Positions 49,711-60,945 of a stretch of 64,000 bases of DNA are shown in pieces. A model generated the notes under the pieces. It had not been told where the DNA came from. It saw only the letters and a program-made list of their open reading frames with translations, and made no database searches. The position numbers were made by a program, and so were the translations under genes. How positions within the stretch are numbered: the first letter of the stretch is position 1; every line of letters starts with the position of its first letter. Source of the DNA: Camelus ferus (lineage: Eukaryota); assembly GCF_009834535.1 (NCBI RefSeq), contig NC_045698.1:2792001-2856000 (forward strand), written 5' to 3'.

Positions 49711-51459
49711 TGTTCTGATTTATTAAGATTCATGCTAAATCTTGCTGAATTTAGTTATCTGAAACTTCCCCACGCGCACATGAAGCCGTTCTTGTAGCAC
49801 ATTCTGCTTTTCTTATCTTCACTCCAAAGACTTTTATTTTTACAATTTTACTTAGCTTAAAAATATTTTGAAGTATGTATTACAAAAAAATTACAGGTCT
49901 ACTTCAAACCTTGATAAGACACTGATCTTTATTATATTAACCTTTTCCAAACTGTAAGGCTCAGCTGCTCCCATCTATCAAAGTCTAACTTGCTAGATCC
50001 AATCACCAGTTCTAAGTTTATTTTAATTAGGACTTTTAGCTCGGTTGCTGCATTAACACATTTGTTCTTTGTTTAAATATTCCCTAAATGATAAAACTCT
50101 CAAGGTATTTCTTAAGGGTATGATGACTAAATTGCCCAAATGGATATTATATAACAGAAAAATAGTACATCATAAGCAAAACTCAGGGGACACTTTGAGG
50201 ATTATTTTATACAAATATTTGGGAAATGCATGTGAAATACGACGCTGTCTCACGGATCTGACAATCGTGACTTAGGTTTATTCTCTACAGTTAGAGCCAA
50301 ACTGGTCTCAGCAAAACTTCAGGTGTATCTTAACAGCCTCACTCTCAAACGGGATGGGTTCAGATTTCCTAAATTGTTTGCACCAAGCCAAGCCAGTGGA
50401 TGGGATGGATCAAACAATTTTAATCACTAGGATCATGTGGAGGGGCCTTAAAAGCCTCATTTGTTTCTTTCTCTCCCAAGCAGGAGGGCCCCCCGCGCAT
50501 TATAAAGCACGCACAAGCCCGCAGTCTAGTCCCTGGGATGGTGAGACCAGATGCTGCCTCTCCGGAGTGCTGGCTGGCCCGGCACCACCAGGATCCCAGG
50601 ACATCCCACCTCCTTGGGTCCCCTCAGCCCCTCCCACTCAGAGCACGACAGCTGTGTTATTCTCACCTTGTTGTTGACAATCAGTTTTCATGTTGCCATT
50701 CAAGTACACAATTCAAATCCCCTCTCCAAAACCTAACTGCATTCTAATTTGTTGTCTTGCTCCTAGCCAACCCAGGGGTCCCAGACTGACCCTCGGTGAC
50801 AAACATTCATTAGCCACAGAATACTAAAACAGCTTTAAAAACAAAACAAAGCAAATAAAGCAGAACCACTTGCAACGTGTGCCCAAAGGCGCTGATGAGA
50901 GCTCTGTGTGTTGCGTGTGTGATGGAATGGCGTGCCCCGTCCTACTCAGGACTGGGCCCCGCTGCACAGCCCAGGCCCCTGCTGTCCGGAGGGCTTGCTT
51001 ACCCCTGCCCCTGGCTTCTGGGAAGACTCGCAGCCACTGTAAAAGCCAGGGGAACACGTCCACAGAGTCACCAGGGGCTTTGAGAGCATCTTTAGCTAGA
51101 GAGTCATGCTTATGGACAGGAAACGGCTGAAGCCCAGAATTCCCCTGATGCTGCTCATTTGGGAGAAAAACTCATTTTAGGACAAACTTTTTAATCCCAC
51201 GTCCAATGGTTTTCTTAATGATATCCATTCTATCACTTTTTAATTGAAACACTTTAAGCAGATGTTGTCATTAGGGACCAACCCTCTGCTTTATTTTCCC
51301 AAATAGAAGATGCAAACAAGTAGTTTGTTTCCAGAAAAATAGTGTGGTTTGAGGTTCAGTTTTTGCAACAAGTAATGAATATCTTTTTGATCTTAGATTT
51401 CAGAATTTCATCAATGAAATTGTGATCAATTAAATAGTGAGTCCTCTAGTGTATTTCAA

Positions 51460-51555
51460 GCAATCTGAAGGCAAGGACAGGATCTGATGTCACCTCCATG
51501 TCCTGTGACGTTCCTAGCGTGGTCCGCACAGAGCAGCGCTCAGCAATCACTGGGA
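51460..51555 (+). mobile_element. L2 3'-end fossil
   Basis: tgaaggcaaggacagg...ttcctagcgtggtccgcacagagcagcgctcagcaatcactg. Confidence 0.55.
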
Positions 51556-52933
51556 CCCAGAACTGAGTATGATGCTTTTGATCATTGGTTGGTTTGATTG
51601 ACAGTTTCCCCTCCTAGTATGTTCTAATTAGCCAGGTTATTAATAGGATTATGGAGTCGGCTTCACAATGTGATCCTGCAAAAGGTACGAAATAGCAAAT
51701 CAGATAAATACTGTGTTGTGCCCCAAATCTCCTTCCTCTCCTTCCTTCCACCCTCCCTCCCTCTTCCCTTCTCTCCCTCCCTCCCCCTCTCCCCCCAGCC
51801 CATTTTCCTTATGCCTGTAGAATATTCTCTGATTCCTGTCCCATCACCAGAAGTCTGTAAGTGGGGAAATGAGGGACGAGAAAGCCTGCAGAGCCTTCTG
51901 TTTACATAGATGTGTCTGTCGAGTCTTCTTGGAAGCGTTCAGCAAAGCTTTGTGTTATCAAACAACTTTACTCTTACCATGAAGCCCACTTTTCCTAAAC
52001 ACGTCTAATTTGCCTTCCTCCGGCCCTGCCTGTTTTCTTGGCTGCAGGAATGAACGCTCTGTACTCTAAGTTCTTCTGCTCATAAACAACTCAGCTGACT
52101 TTGTACCTTTTTACGATGTTCGGTACAAGCAAACTGCTTTGAAGTTCACACAGTTTGCACTTTGTTTTGGAATTCTCTGGTTGCTTTCATAGAAGAAAAC
52201 AGCAGGGATTTCATTAAGAGAGGATTCCACTCTCACAGTGTCACTGGGCCAGTTTTCTACGATATTTAAAGAATGGGAGACGCCGGCACCCAAGTTCTCA
52301 TGCATGAAACATTCTGCAGTCGGCGTGATGCAATGAGAAAAGCAAGCCAGTCAATCAGTTTTCTTAGGTGCTTTTAACCCAACGCTCAGCTTTGTGTTCT
52401 AATATTGAAATATGCTGGGCCTGGTGTTTCACAATGTCTAATATGACTGTCTTGTCCACAAAGGCCATGTTCTTCTGAAGACAGGAGCCACCCTGCTTTC
52501 TGTGTCACATTCGAACCTGCGAGCCACCCTTCCAGGCGGTACCCGGTCTCGGCTCCGACTCATCTGCGAACTTCACGGACCTTCACGGAGTGCTTCCAAG
52601 GTCCCAGACTGAAATCAACAGGGAAGTGCAGTTTTTAGGCATTTTTCATATGACACAGAACGTTCAGAGCTTTGAGTGTTCATAGAGGAAAGCAGCTTTT
52701 TTGTTTGTTTTCTTTTGAAAGTTTAATCAAAGGACATGAAATGATCTATAAGGAATGTGAAATTAACAGATTACAAGTGGTAACGTCTTTTCCCACCACG
52801 ATACCAGACTGAGTGTTTTGAATAAATTGTCATAATGTAAGATGAAATAAAACTGGATATTTTTCTGACTCTGTGAAAGGCATGAAACTTGCTGTACGTG
52901 AATATATAAATCGACCCTGTAATTCTGCCTCTC

Positions 52934-53147
52934 CAGGAGTTTTGGCCTTGGCATGATTGACATTTACGGCTGGAATATTCTGTGCTTGTTGCTGTCCTGT
53001 GCGTTGCTCGAAGTGTGTCAGCACCCTGGATTCTGCCCACCAGATGAGAGTAGGCTCCCTCAGCCCCGTCATGATAATCAAAACCATCTCCAGTCACTGC
53101 CAAGGGTTCCCTGGGGAGACAAAATCAACCTTGATTGAGAATTACTG
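52934..53147 (-). mobile_element. MER20 DNA transposon, near full length
   Basis: cttggcatgattgacatttacggctggaatattctgtg...gctgtcctgtgcgttgc...aaaaccatctccagtcactgccaagggttccctggggagacaaaatc...ttgagaattactg is the reverse complement of MER20. Confidence 0.88.
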
Positions 53148-56100
53148 ATCTGTATAATGGACTCAAACACCTCAAATATACACACAGTTCCAATATCAAT
53201 TTAGAAGGTGTCTTATTACATCTTCGTGTCTGAAGTTAAATGGACCAAAAGAAAAATCATTCAATTGTTTTTTCCTCTTTTCAAGGGGTTCCTTTAACTT
53301 AGAGCAGGCATGAGGGAAGTGCGTCTGACTCTATAAATCAGTCTCTCTTGAGAGTTCGCAGTGCTCGTGGAGCTTACAGATGAAGACATCTCTCAGCACA
53401 GCTGGACGTTTCGACCAAAGCAGGAAGACACCACACACTCAGCAGCAAGGTGAGAAACGCAGGGAGCACTGCAGGAGGAGGGCGAAGGATGACCATGGGG
53501 TCAGCCCGACATGAAGACCAATTCAAAGCCACCAGTCAGTGCAGCAGGAAATGAAGGCGTCTACGCTGTGCTGGGCTTAAAGCACAGTGAAGTTATCAAA
53601 GGAGGCATGGGGGTGGGGAGCCAACCTCTGTCTTCTTTACCACAACCCTCACGGTCATTCTAACTGCACATTCAAAAAGGCCCATTGGAAGCCATTTAGG
53701 ACAGAGCAACCCTGAAAGTAAGGCACAGTGGGGTCTCGAATGTGGGAAGAGAAGCCAGCTCATTCGACACCTGGGTGGCATAGCAGAAACACCCGATTCC
53801 CAGGTCCTCCTGAAGCTCCCTGAGCAGTGGGGTCGGCCTCGTGGGGCACAGACGTTTACGACAGGGTGACAATGACTGCCTTTTATTTCTGCTGGGAGAA
53901 GCGGGGCGGTGTAATAACGCAGACGCTAAACACACTTCCCCTCTGCCCTAAAATCTAGCTCAGTGATTCTTCTGTTTCTGTATAAATGTATCGGCGTGCA
54001 TTTCCCACAGATGGTGGAGAGGCTTGGTGCGTTACGCACAGTCAGTGGGAGAGTCTGGGGAACACAGGAGCTGCTCTTCCTGTTTCAGGGCGGGGTCTCT
54101 GAGGGGGCTGTGTGTACCCCCAGGTGAGTACCAGCAGGGTCAGCGAGTGCACTCTCGACACGCTGCGCCTTCCAGGTGGGCAGGTGCGGCCAAGTCCCGT
54201 CCTGCTGGCTCCCTTCTCCACCTCGGGATTTCTGAGAGCCGAAGGCACCACAGATCACCGTGGCCCAGCGAACCATGAAAACTGTTCCAGCGCTTGGCTC
54301 TTGCAGTTGACAGACTGCGAAGGCAGAGAGGCATAAAATAAGGTCCACACCAGGCTCTTAATCAAGCCAGGATCCACAGTCTGATGAGCCTGGGACCCCT
54401 CCTTCAGCGCCAGCAGAGCAGCCCTGCAGTATTGCTTCAGCCAAAGGTCGATATGTTTTCTCCGGAGGTAACCTTGTCCACAGTTCACAGTGCACCGTGG
54501 TTGGAATCTACCTGAGTGGACTACCCAACTTTTCCACTCTCCATTCTTCATAAACACATGGCTGTAATTTGTCTATCCAGTCCGCTCCCCCACTACACAC
54601 ACAGAAGGATAAACATACATGCCTTCTCTATGACAGGCGTTCTTCAATCAAGTTTAAGATTCTGCTTGTCAAATTATCAAGAAACAAATTACTTCCTTCT
54701 TGAGACTTCCTGCCCACCCGTGCCTTTCCCCAGAACCCTAGTGTCAGATTGAACTCTGACGATTTCAAAGATTGGGTGGGGAAGGGACGCAGAGCACCAA
54801 GAGCTGACCAGAGAACCTCCAGTCTGGAGTCATCTTTACATCTGTGTCGCCTGATAGGTCTTTGTCCATCGTGGCCCTGATTTGCTTACTTAAGACTGTC
54901 ACCTGCACGGACCTCCGAGGAACTCAATGCTCCAGACACAGGGTGTCTTCCTCTAGCTTACGTTCCCAGGGTTTCCCACGGCCTAAGCGCCACGTCCAGG
55001 AGGTTGTATCAGAGCACATTCCAGCTTAACCACATTCCGTGCAGGAGCCAGACGTATCCCCTGTGGGCATACAGTCCTGGCACCAAGCTGGATCCCACGG
55101 CATATTCCCTTCCCCGGGGTGAGTCCACTGCTGGTGTCTGTTCGAAGCTGACAAGTCTGCATCAGCCAATCCATTCACTCTCTTCCACTCATGACAGTCC
55201 TTGCCTGAGCAGGACTGGGGCCATCTCCACCCCTCCTCACAATGACCCTTGGAGCATGTGCTGTCTACCTGCCTGCTTCTCACGACGACGGCACTTGCCA
55301 GAGCCATTAGAAGAGGCAACCTTAGCAGTGAGTGTCTACGTATAATGCATTTTCATAAATGCTCTTAGCAGATCTAAGGCAGGTCTTCTCTAAGATGATT
55401 TTGTTTGCTTCAATTTAAAAAAAAATTAAGATCCCACTCAAGACACACCAAACTTCTGTACTCACACACACACTCATGCACTCAGATATATGTATGTACT
55501 GCATTTCAATAAGCCAATCAGTAAGTCGTGCAGACACTTCAGCTCCGTGCTCCTCAGGCTGTCCGGACCTGCAAGGCTGGTCCTTACTGGTGCTGCGAGC
55601 ACTGGTGTCCTTTTCCCTCGTCTGTTATTTTTTTCAATTAGTGTATTTCATACAGGGTATTAAACTTCCCTGTAATTTCTCTATATTTATTTTCTTCTCC
55701 TTATTGAAAAATGTATTCCTTGCTGTCTATTGACCACTGGCCATAGTCCTAGAAATGAGCCTTTCTGGGAAGAGCAGCTGTGGGTGACAGTAGCCCCTTC
55801 AATATTCCTTACTGCAGGTGTGTAAAGTCTAAAATTACCACGGAGCCCAATTTTCAAGTCCTAAAATGAGCTTCTCTCTGTTATCCACTGCTTTGGATGA
55901 TTTAAGTACAGACCACAATCTAGGCCACATTGCCAAAGTTTGCTACAATTGGCACTTGATTCATGTAGGGTGGGATTTTAATCAGGCACAAAATTTTAGG
56001 AGTGTTATTTGTCCACTGTATGTTGAAAATATGTTGGGAAATATTTAAAAATAGAAACATCTTTTAACCTAGAAATTATTTTTCTGAGTTTTTTTTTACC

Positions 56101-56399
56101 TTAGGAAATGATTAAGATATGTAACGTATAGAAGAATATAGTATTAATGGGACGTATAAAAATGAACACTGGAAACAACCTACGTTTTAATCATTACGGG
56201 ATTCTTAATTAAATTAACATTCATAAAATTGACTGTTACAGAGTGTCAGGAAGTTTCTGTGTTGTACGCCCGTGTGCACACTTTCATTTTAATGCTCTGA
56301 AGACGCACGGAGAGCGCTGTAGCAAGGCAAACGTCCAGAATGCTCAAGTGGAGGTATTCTGTCTTATTTTCTTCAGATTCTTTTCAAATCATAAGTAAT

Positions 56400-57750
56400 A
56401 CTAAACTGAAATACAGTAACATCCGTTAGGTGTGTTTCTTTGCTTTTCTTCCCAGTTCAGTTTCTCTCTCTACTTCCAGTCAAGAATTTTGTGGGGAGTT
56501 TGTTATAACTCACGATTTTAGCTGTATCACAGACATATTTATCTACCTTCTCTCTGTATTGTCTACCTGTCAAGCTATCTATCATCAATAGATAACGTTC
56601 TGCATTATCTATTGATAATGTCCTGCAATATTTTAAAATATGAAAATGTTCTTTCCACTTTTCTAACTTTATAAATTGCTTCTCCATCTTTCAGATTAAG
56701 CCAGGACTTAGCATGGTTTGACTTCCTTCCAAAACCACCTCTGGCATTTTGTGTGTCGTTATTGTTATGTTTAGTTCTGTTTTGAATAAAACATAAATAA
56801 TATTTTTATAAACAATAGTTAATTACATTACAAATGTAATTTACCCGCTTAATTCTGTTTACTTTAATCCTACTTCTTTCTTTTGAAACATTTTCTTAAG
56901 GAATGGCATTATTTGGCAATTAGTTTTTCAGAGGCGGACACCTGAGTGGTAAACTCATCATCTTTGCATGCTTGGGAACCTCCTTCTTTTGCCCTCACTT
57001 TTGTGACATATTAACCACCTGTCGTAAACTGGGTCTACCATTATTTTCCCTCAGCACTTTAAATTTTTTTCTAATGGTCTTCCAGTTTGTGGAGGAGATG
57101 CCTAAAGTCAATGCAATTATCTGTACTGGAGATTTTAAGTTTTTTTCTTTTAAATCTCATGCATTTCCTGTTCATAGTTTATTTTATGTTAATTTCATTA
57201 AAATGTATCTAGTGTGGACTTTATTCTCCTCAACACTGCATTTGTGCTGAATGTTTGAGAGCTATGGAAAAATGCATGGCCGCTATCACTTTAAATATTG
57301 TCCATCATTTCTTTCTTTCTTTCTTTAATTTTCGACTTTTTATTTTTCTCTGTGATGTGTGTATTTTTAATCATTGTCTTCACAGTTGCTAATTCTCTCT
57401 TTAGCTCTTTCTAGTCTAGAATTTATCTTTATATCATATTTTTAAAAATTATTTGTTTTTTTGTTTTATTTTTAATTGGTTTGTCTTTATATTAAGTGTA
57501 TTTTTTAATCCTTTAAATTTCTTTTTATGTTCCATATTCATTCTTGAATAATTTAAACATTCTATCAATATTATTTCAAGACTATTCTTGTATTTCCATT
57601 TTCTGGTGAGATATTTCTCAGATTTGGCCAGATGTTTTGTTTCTGCTTTTGTTTTGTTTTTCCTGTGTCTTTTCAGCTCTTCATTTTTCTCGTGTATATT
57701 GAAACGTGTTGTGACAATGCAGGTGGAGTCAGGACTCCTCTTCACTCATT
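56400..57750 (-). mobile_element. Ancient L1M (L1ME-like) internal fragments
   Basis: T-rich, with gtggtaaactc...ttttgccctcacttttg...ttattttccctcagcactttaaa...ggagatgcctaaagtcaat...gctatcactttaaatattg, typical antisense L1 ORF1/inter-ORF sequence. Confidence 0.6.
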
Positions 57751-58489
57751 TCAGAACCAAATCTTGGGTCGTTAGCTTTGGATCTTGGTCCACAAAGACC
57801 CCAAAGACTCATGCTTGAGCTGACCTCTGGCCTGTCCTGGTTCCTGTGGTCTGGCATCTCTGGTTTCCTGCCACGGGAGACAAACAGTTCATTTCTGGAC
57901 TTGCCTGGGGACGTTTGCAGATTTATAAGCCTCTATGGGAAATCTCTCTCTTCCACACAATTAAAGTGTCCCCCTCTTTTTTTCTTACTTCTGAGCCCAG
58001 TTAAGACTGGGATTTTATCACCTCCTCATTGCTGTGTGTTTATGTATTCTCTCTCTCTCTGTCTCTCTCCCTCTCCTTTGTCCCTCTCCCCCAATCTTCC
58101 AGTATATACAGAGAAGTCAATATATGCTTCTGCTATTTCCAACTCCCAGCTAAATCTGACAACCATTTGGATGTTGCTTCCTGTTGCTTTCCACCATCTT
58201 CTGTGACTTGGGCCCCTGGGAGCCAGCATCATGTTATTCCCACAGGGCAATATTAATCTCTGCCAAGTTCATTATTGACCATTATTTCAGCCTCAGTGAT
58301 GGGATCACCTTTGGGTCCATTGACTTCATTGTACCCCTTAGCTCTGGGCTCCCTGTTTCCCTCTGTTGATACCACGTGATGATGTGCACAGTGGGTGCCC
58401 GGCACTTCTGAACATGTGATGCAGATAACAGGTTACAAAATGCCCTATTGAGCTGATGCATTAACATCCACTCAGACCTGACCGGAACT

Positions 58490-58610
58490 TACTCTCTGTA
58501 AGGACAGGGATCTTTGTCCATTTGCTCACAATGCATCTCCAGCAATCCTAGTGGTGACTGGCACAAAGCAGGGACTCAGTACACATGGGCTGAATCAGTG
58601 GATGAGGTCC
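58490..58610 (+). mobile_element. L2 3' end
   Basis: ctctgtaaggacagggatctttgtccatttgctcacaatgcatctccagc...ctggcacaaagcagggactcagtacacatgggctgaatcagtggatga. Confidence 0.75.
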
Positions 58611-59439
58611 TGAGGCTTTGTACCATCGTATCCTTGCAAAGAGAGTGTGGCCTGTGTTAGTCAGTGTAAGGATGAAAACTGAAAGTGTCTCATGAACAAG
58701 ATTATTGCCACACAAATGCTATTTGTCACTTCTCTCCCCATTCCCAGCATGAGACTCTTCTGTTTCTACTCAAATTTAACTCAAATGTTCCTTGGAAATT
58801 CACGGATGATTTCAGAGCTTGACTCAAGAAGAAGAATATTCAGCTGGAACCTGTGAGGTAATTTCCATTAAGTGTGTTGTTCGATGGCGTAAAAGCAGAT
58901 GGGAAGAACGAGCTTCATCCCCTCCTTATGGTGCACTGGAAATAAAAAGTTAGAAAGTTGTCGTAAGATCAGGTCTATAATTAAGAACAATTTGGGTTGA
59001 TTTAACAGTTGGTTAAGCAATTCTTTCAGTTCCTTTTTGAATCATCAGAGACTAAGGTGGAAGCTTCCTCTGTGGTTGTTAATTATTCTTTTTTATTACA
59101 GTCAGGACACTTACGGTTTTCTTTGTGCTTTAGTCTTCTCTGGAATTCAGCGTTATGGTCAAAACGTTTATTTCTGCCTTGCCAAAGTGTTTCTTTTGAA
59201 TCTTAGCAGGAAAATTACCTCTACTTCTCATTTAAAATTTAGAGCAAATCCAAGCCTGGGAATCTCGCGTGGGCGCCTCTGCTCAGGATGTGGCATCACT
59301 GTGTGGCCTCCACCACCACCAGCATCAAGTCCCCGGACAGCACACTGGTTTCTCCTCACCGCTGGGCACAAGGCAGGTCCCCCACCACTCCACCAAGTCA
59401 TCCTGACTGTTTCTTTTCTCAATATAAATGCAGTCTATT

Positions 59440-60240
59440 CTCTTTATGAAATATCTGGAGAATGCAAAAAGAAAAGTGTATAGAAGAAAATAAAAATCAG
59501 CTGTAATTATACTACCAAGAGAAAAACTCATAATTGCAAAATTCATTGCAGTATAGTCGGTTTACAGTGCAGTGTTAGTTTGTGGAACAGCACAGCGATC
59601 CAGTTATGCATGCATATTTCTTTTCATTTTTTTTTCATTACAGGCCTTTACAAGGCATTGAAATTAGTCCCCTGGGGCTTTGCTGTTTATCTATCTTATA
59701 CATAGCAGTATATCCAAATCCTAAGCTGAACTGGAGGTCGTCATACTAAGTGAAGTGAGCCAGAAAGAAAAAGAAAAATCCATATGAGATCACTTACATG
59801 TGGACTCTAAAAAAAATGAGACAAACGAACTTTTTTACAAAACAGAAACTGACCCACAGACAAAGAAAACAAACTTGTGGTTACCAGGGGGGAAAGTGGG
59901 AGGTGGAGGGATAAATTGGGAACTCATAATCATTTTTAGAGGCATAGCTGGTTCTTGAACATATTTTTAAGAATCTATTTAACTAGTTACCATTTTACTG
60001 TGAAGCTTGTCCTTTATACAAATATACACCTTGAGAGGATCATTTTGTGGCTGAAAAAAATCCCCTCTGAAGGTACACTGAGGTAACTTACCATCCCTTT
60101 AATATGGGATACAGTTATTATTTAAAATGTTTTAGCATAAGCGATGATGTTTGGTTATCTTTGCCAATGCACAGTTGCTGATATCTCTGACTATTTAGTT
60201 GGCATGCCTTTCTAGAAGTCCACACATTTTAGGAATAGTT
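59440..60240 (-). mobile_element. Ancient L1ME-type 3' end (host of the inverted L1)
   Basis: aaagtgtatagaagaaaataaaaatcagctgtaattatactaccaagaga...cattttt... resembles the antisense L1ME terminus and continues after 59930. Confidence 0.6.
59535..59920 (-). mobile_element. 5'-inverted (twin-primed) L1 insertion with 10-bp TSD
   Basis: An antisense 3'UTR (59545-59724) is joined to a sense ORF2-end/3'UTR segment (59725-59920). aactcataat occurs at 59525-59534 and 59921-59930. Confidence 0.85.
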
Positions 60241-60673
60241 ACTAATGATCAGAATGGCTCTTTTCTTTTTCTTTTGGTAGAAACAATTATTTTTTCTTAT
60301 CAAGGAAGGTCTTATAGCATCTTTAAGATGAAGGATTTAACTGAATAAAAAATTTTAAATGCCTTAGAATTAACCTGATTCTGATTTAAACTAGACATGA
60401 CAGAAAATCACACACACACACACATTGAGTTTACATTCTCAGAAACAGTTCTCTCTGTCTCTCTTCTCCATTGAGAACTTGTTCTGACTTTTGGGGTTCC
60501 TTCTGGGTCTGACCTAATGCGGTCACGAGCTGCAGTTCAAGCCAGGGAGCACGTGAGTGGATGGGGACGGGGATGGGGAGACGGACCATCCCTGCGAAAG
60601 CTTTCCCAGCTCCCTGAGCAGAACCTCACTGAGGTGCGACGCAGCAGCCATTCTTGTTTCCACAGCCAGGAGG

Positions 60674-60945
60674 TGTCTGCCTGGGTAGGACTGTGTCCTC
60701 CCAAAGGGCACATCGGTTTCTAGATTCCTGATACCGCCGAATGTAACCGCGTTGGGCACTGACAGCACTCGTCAGAAGCTAAGAGAAGCGCACGGACGGA
60801 TTCTGCCCTCGAGCCTCAGGGGAGCGCGCCCCGCCGACACCTTGACGCGGGACTTCCAGCGTCCAGACTGTGAAGGAGTACATTGCTTTGTTTAAAGCCA
60901 CCCAGTCTGCGGTCCTTCGTGACGGCAGCCCAGGAGCTAGCTCGA
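60674..60945 (+). mobile_element. MLT1C/D-type solo LTR (internally deleted, CpG-rich)
   Basis: cagaagctaagagaag...ggattctgccctcgagcctc...ccgacaccttgac...gacttccagcgtccagactgtga...tttaaagccacccagtctgcggtccttcgtgacggcagccc. Confidence 0.8.
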
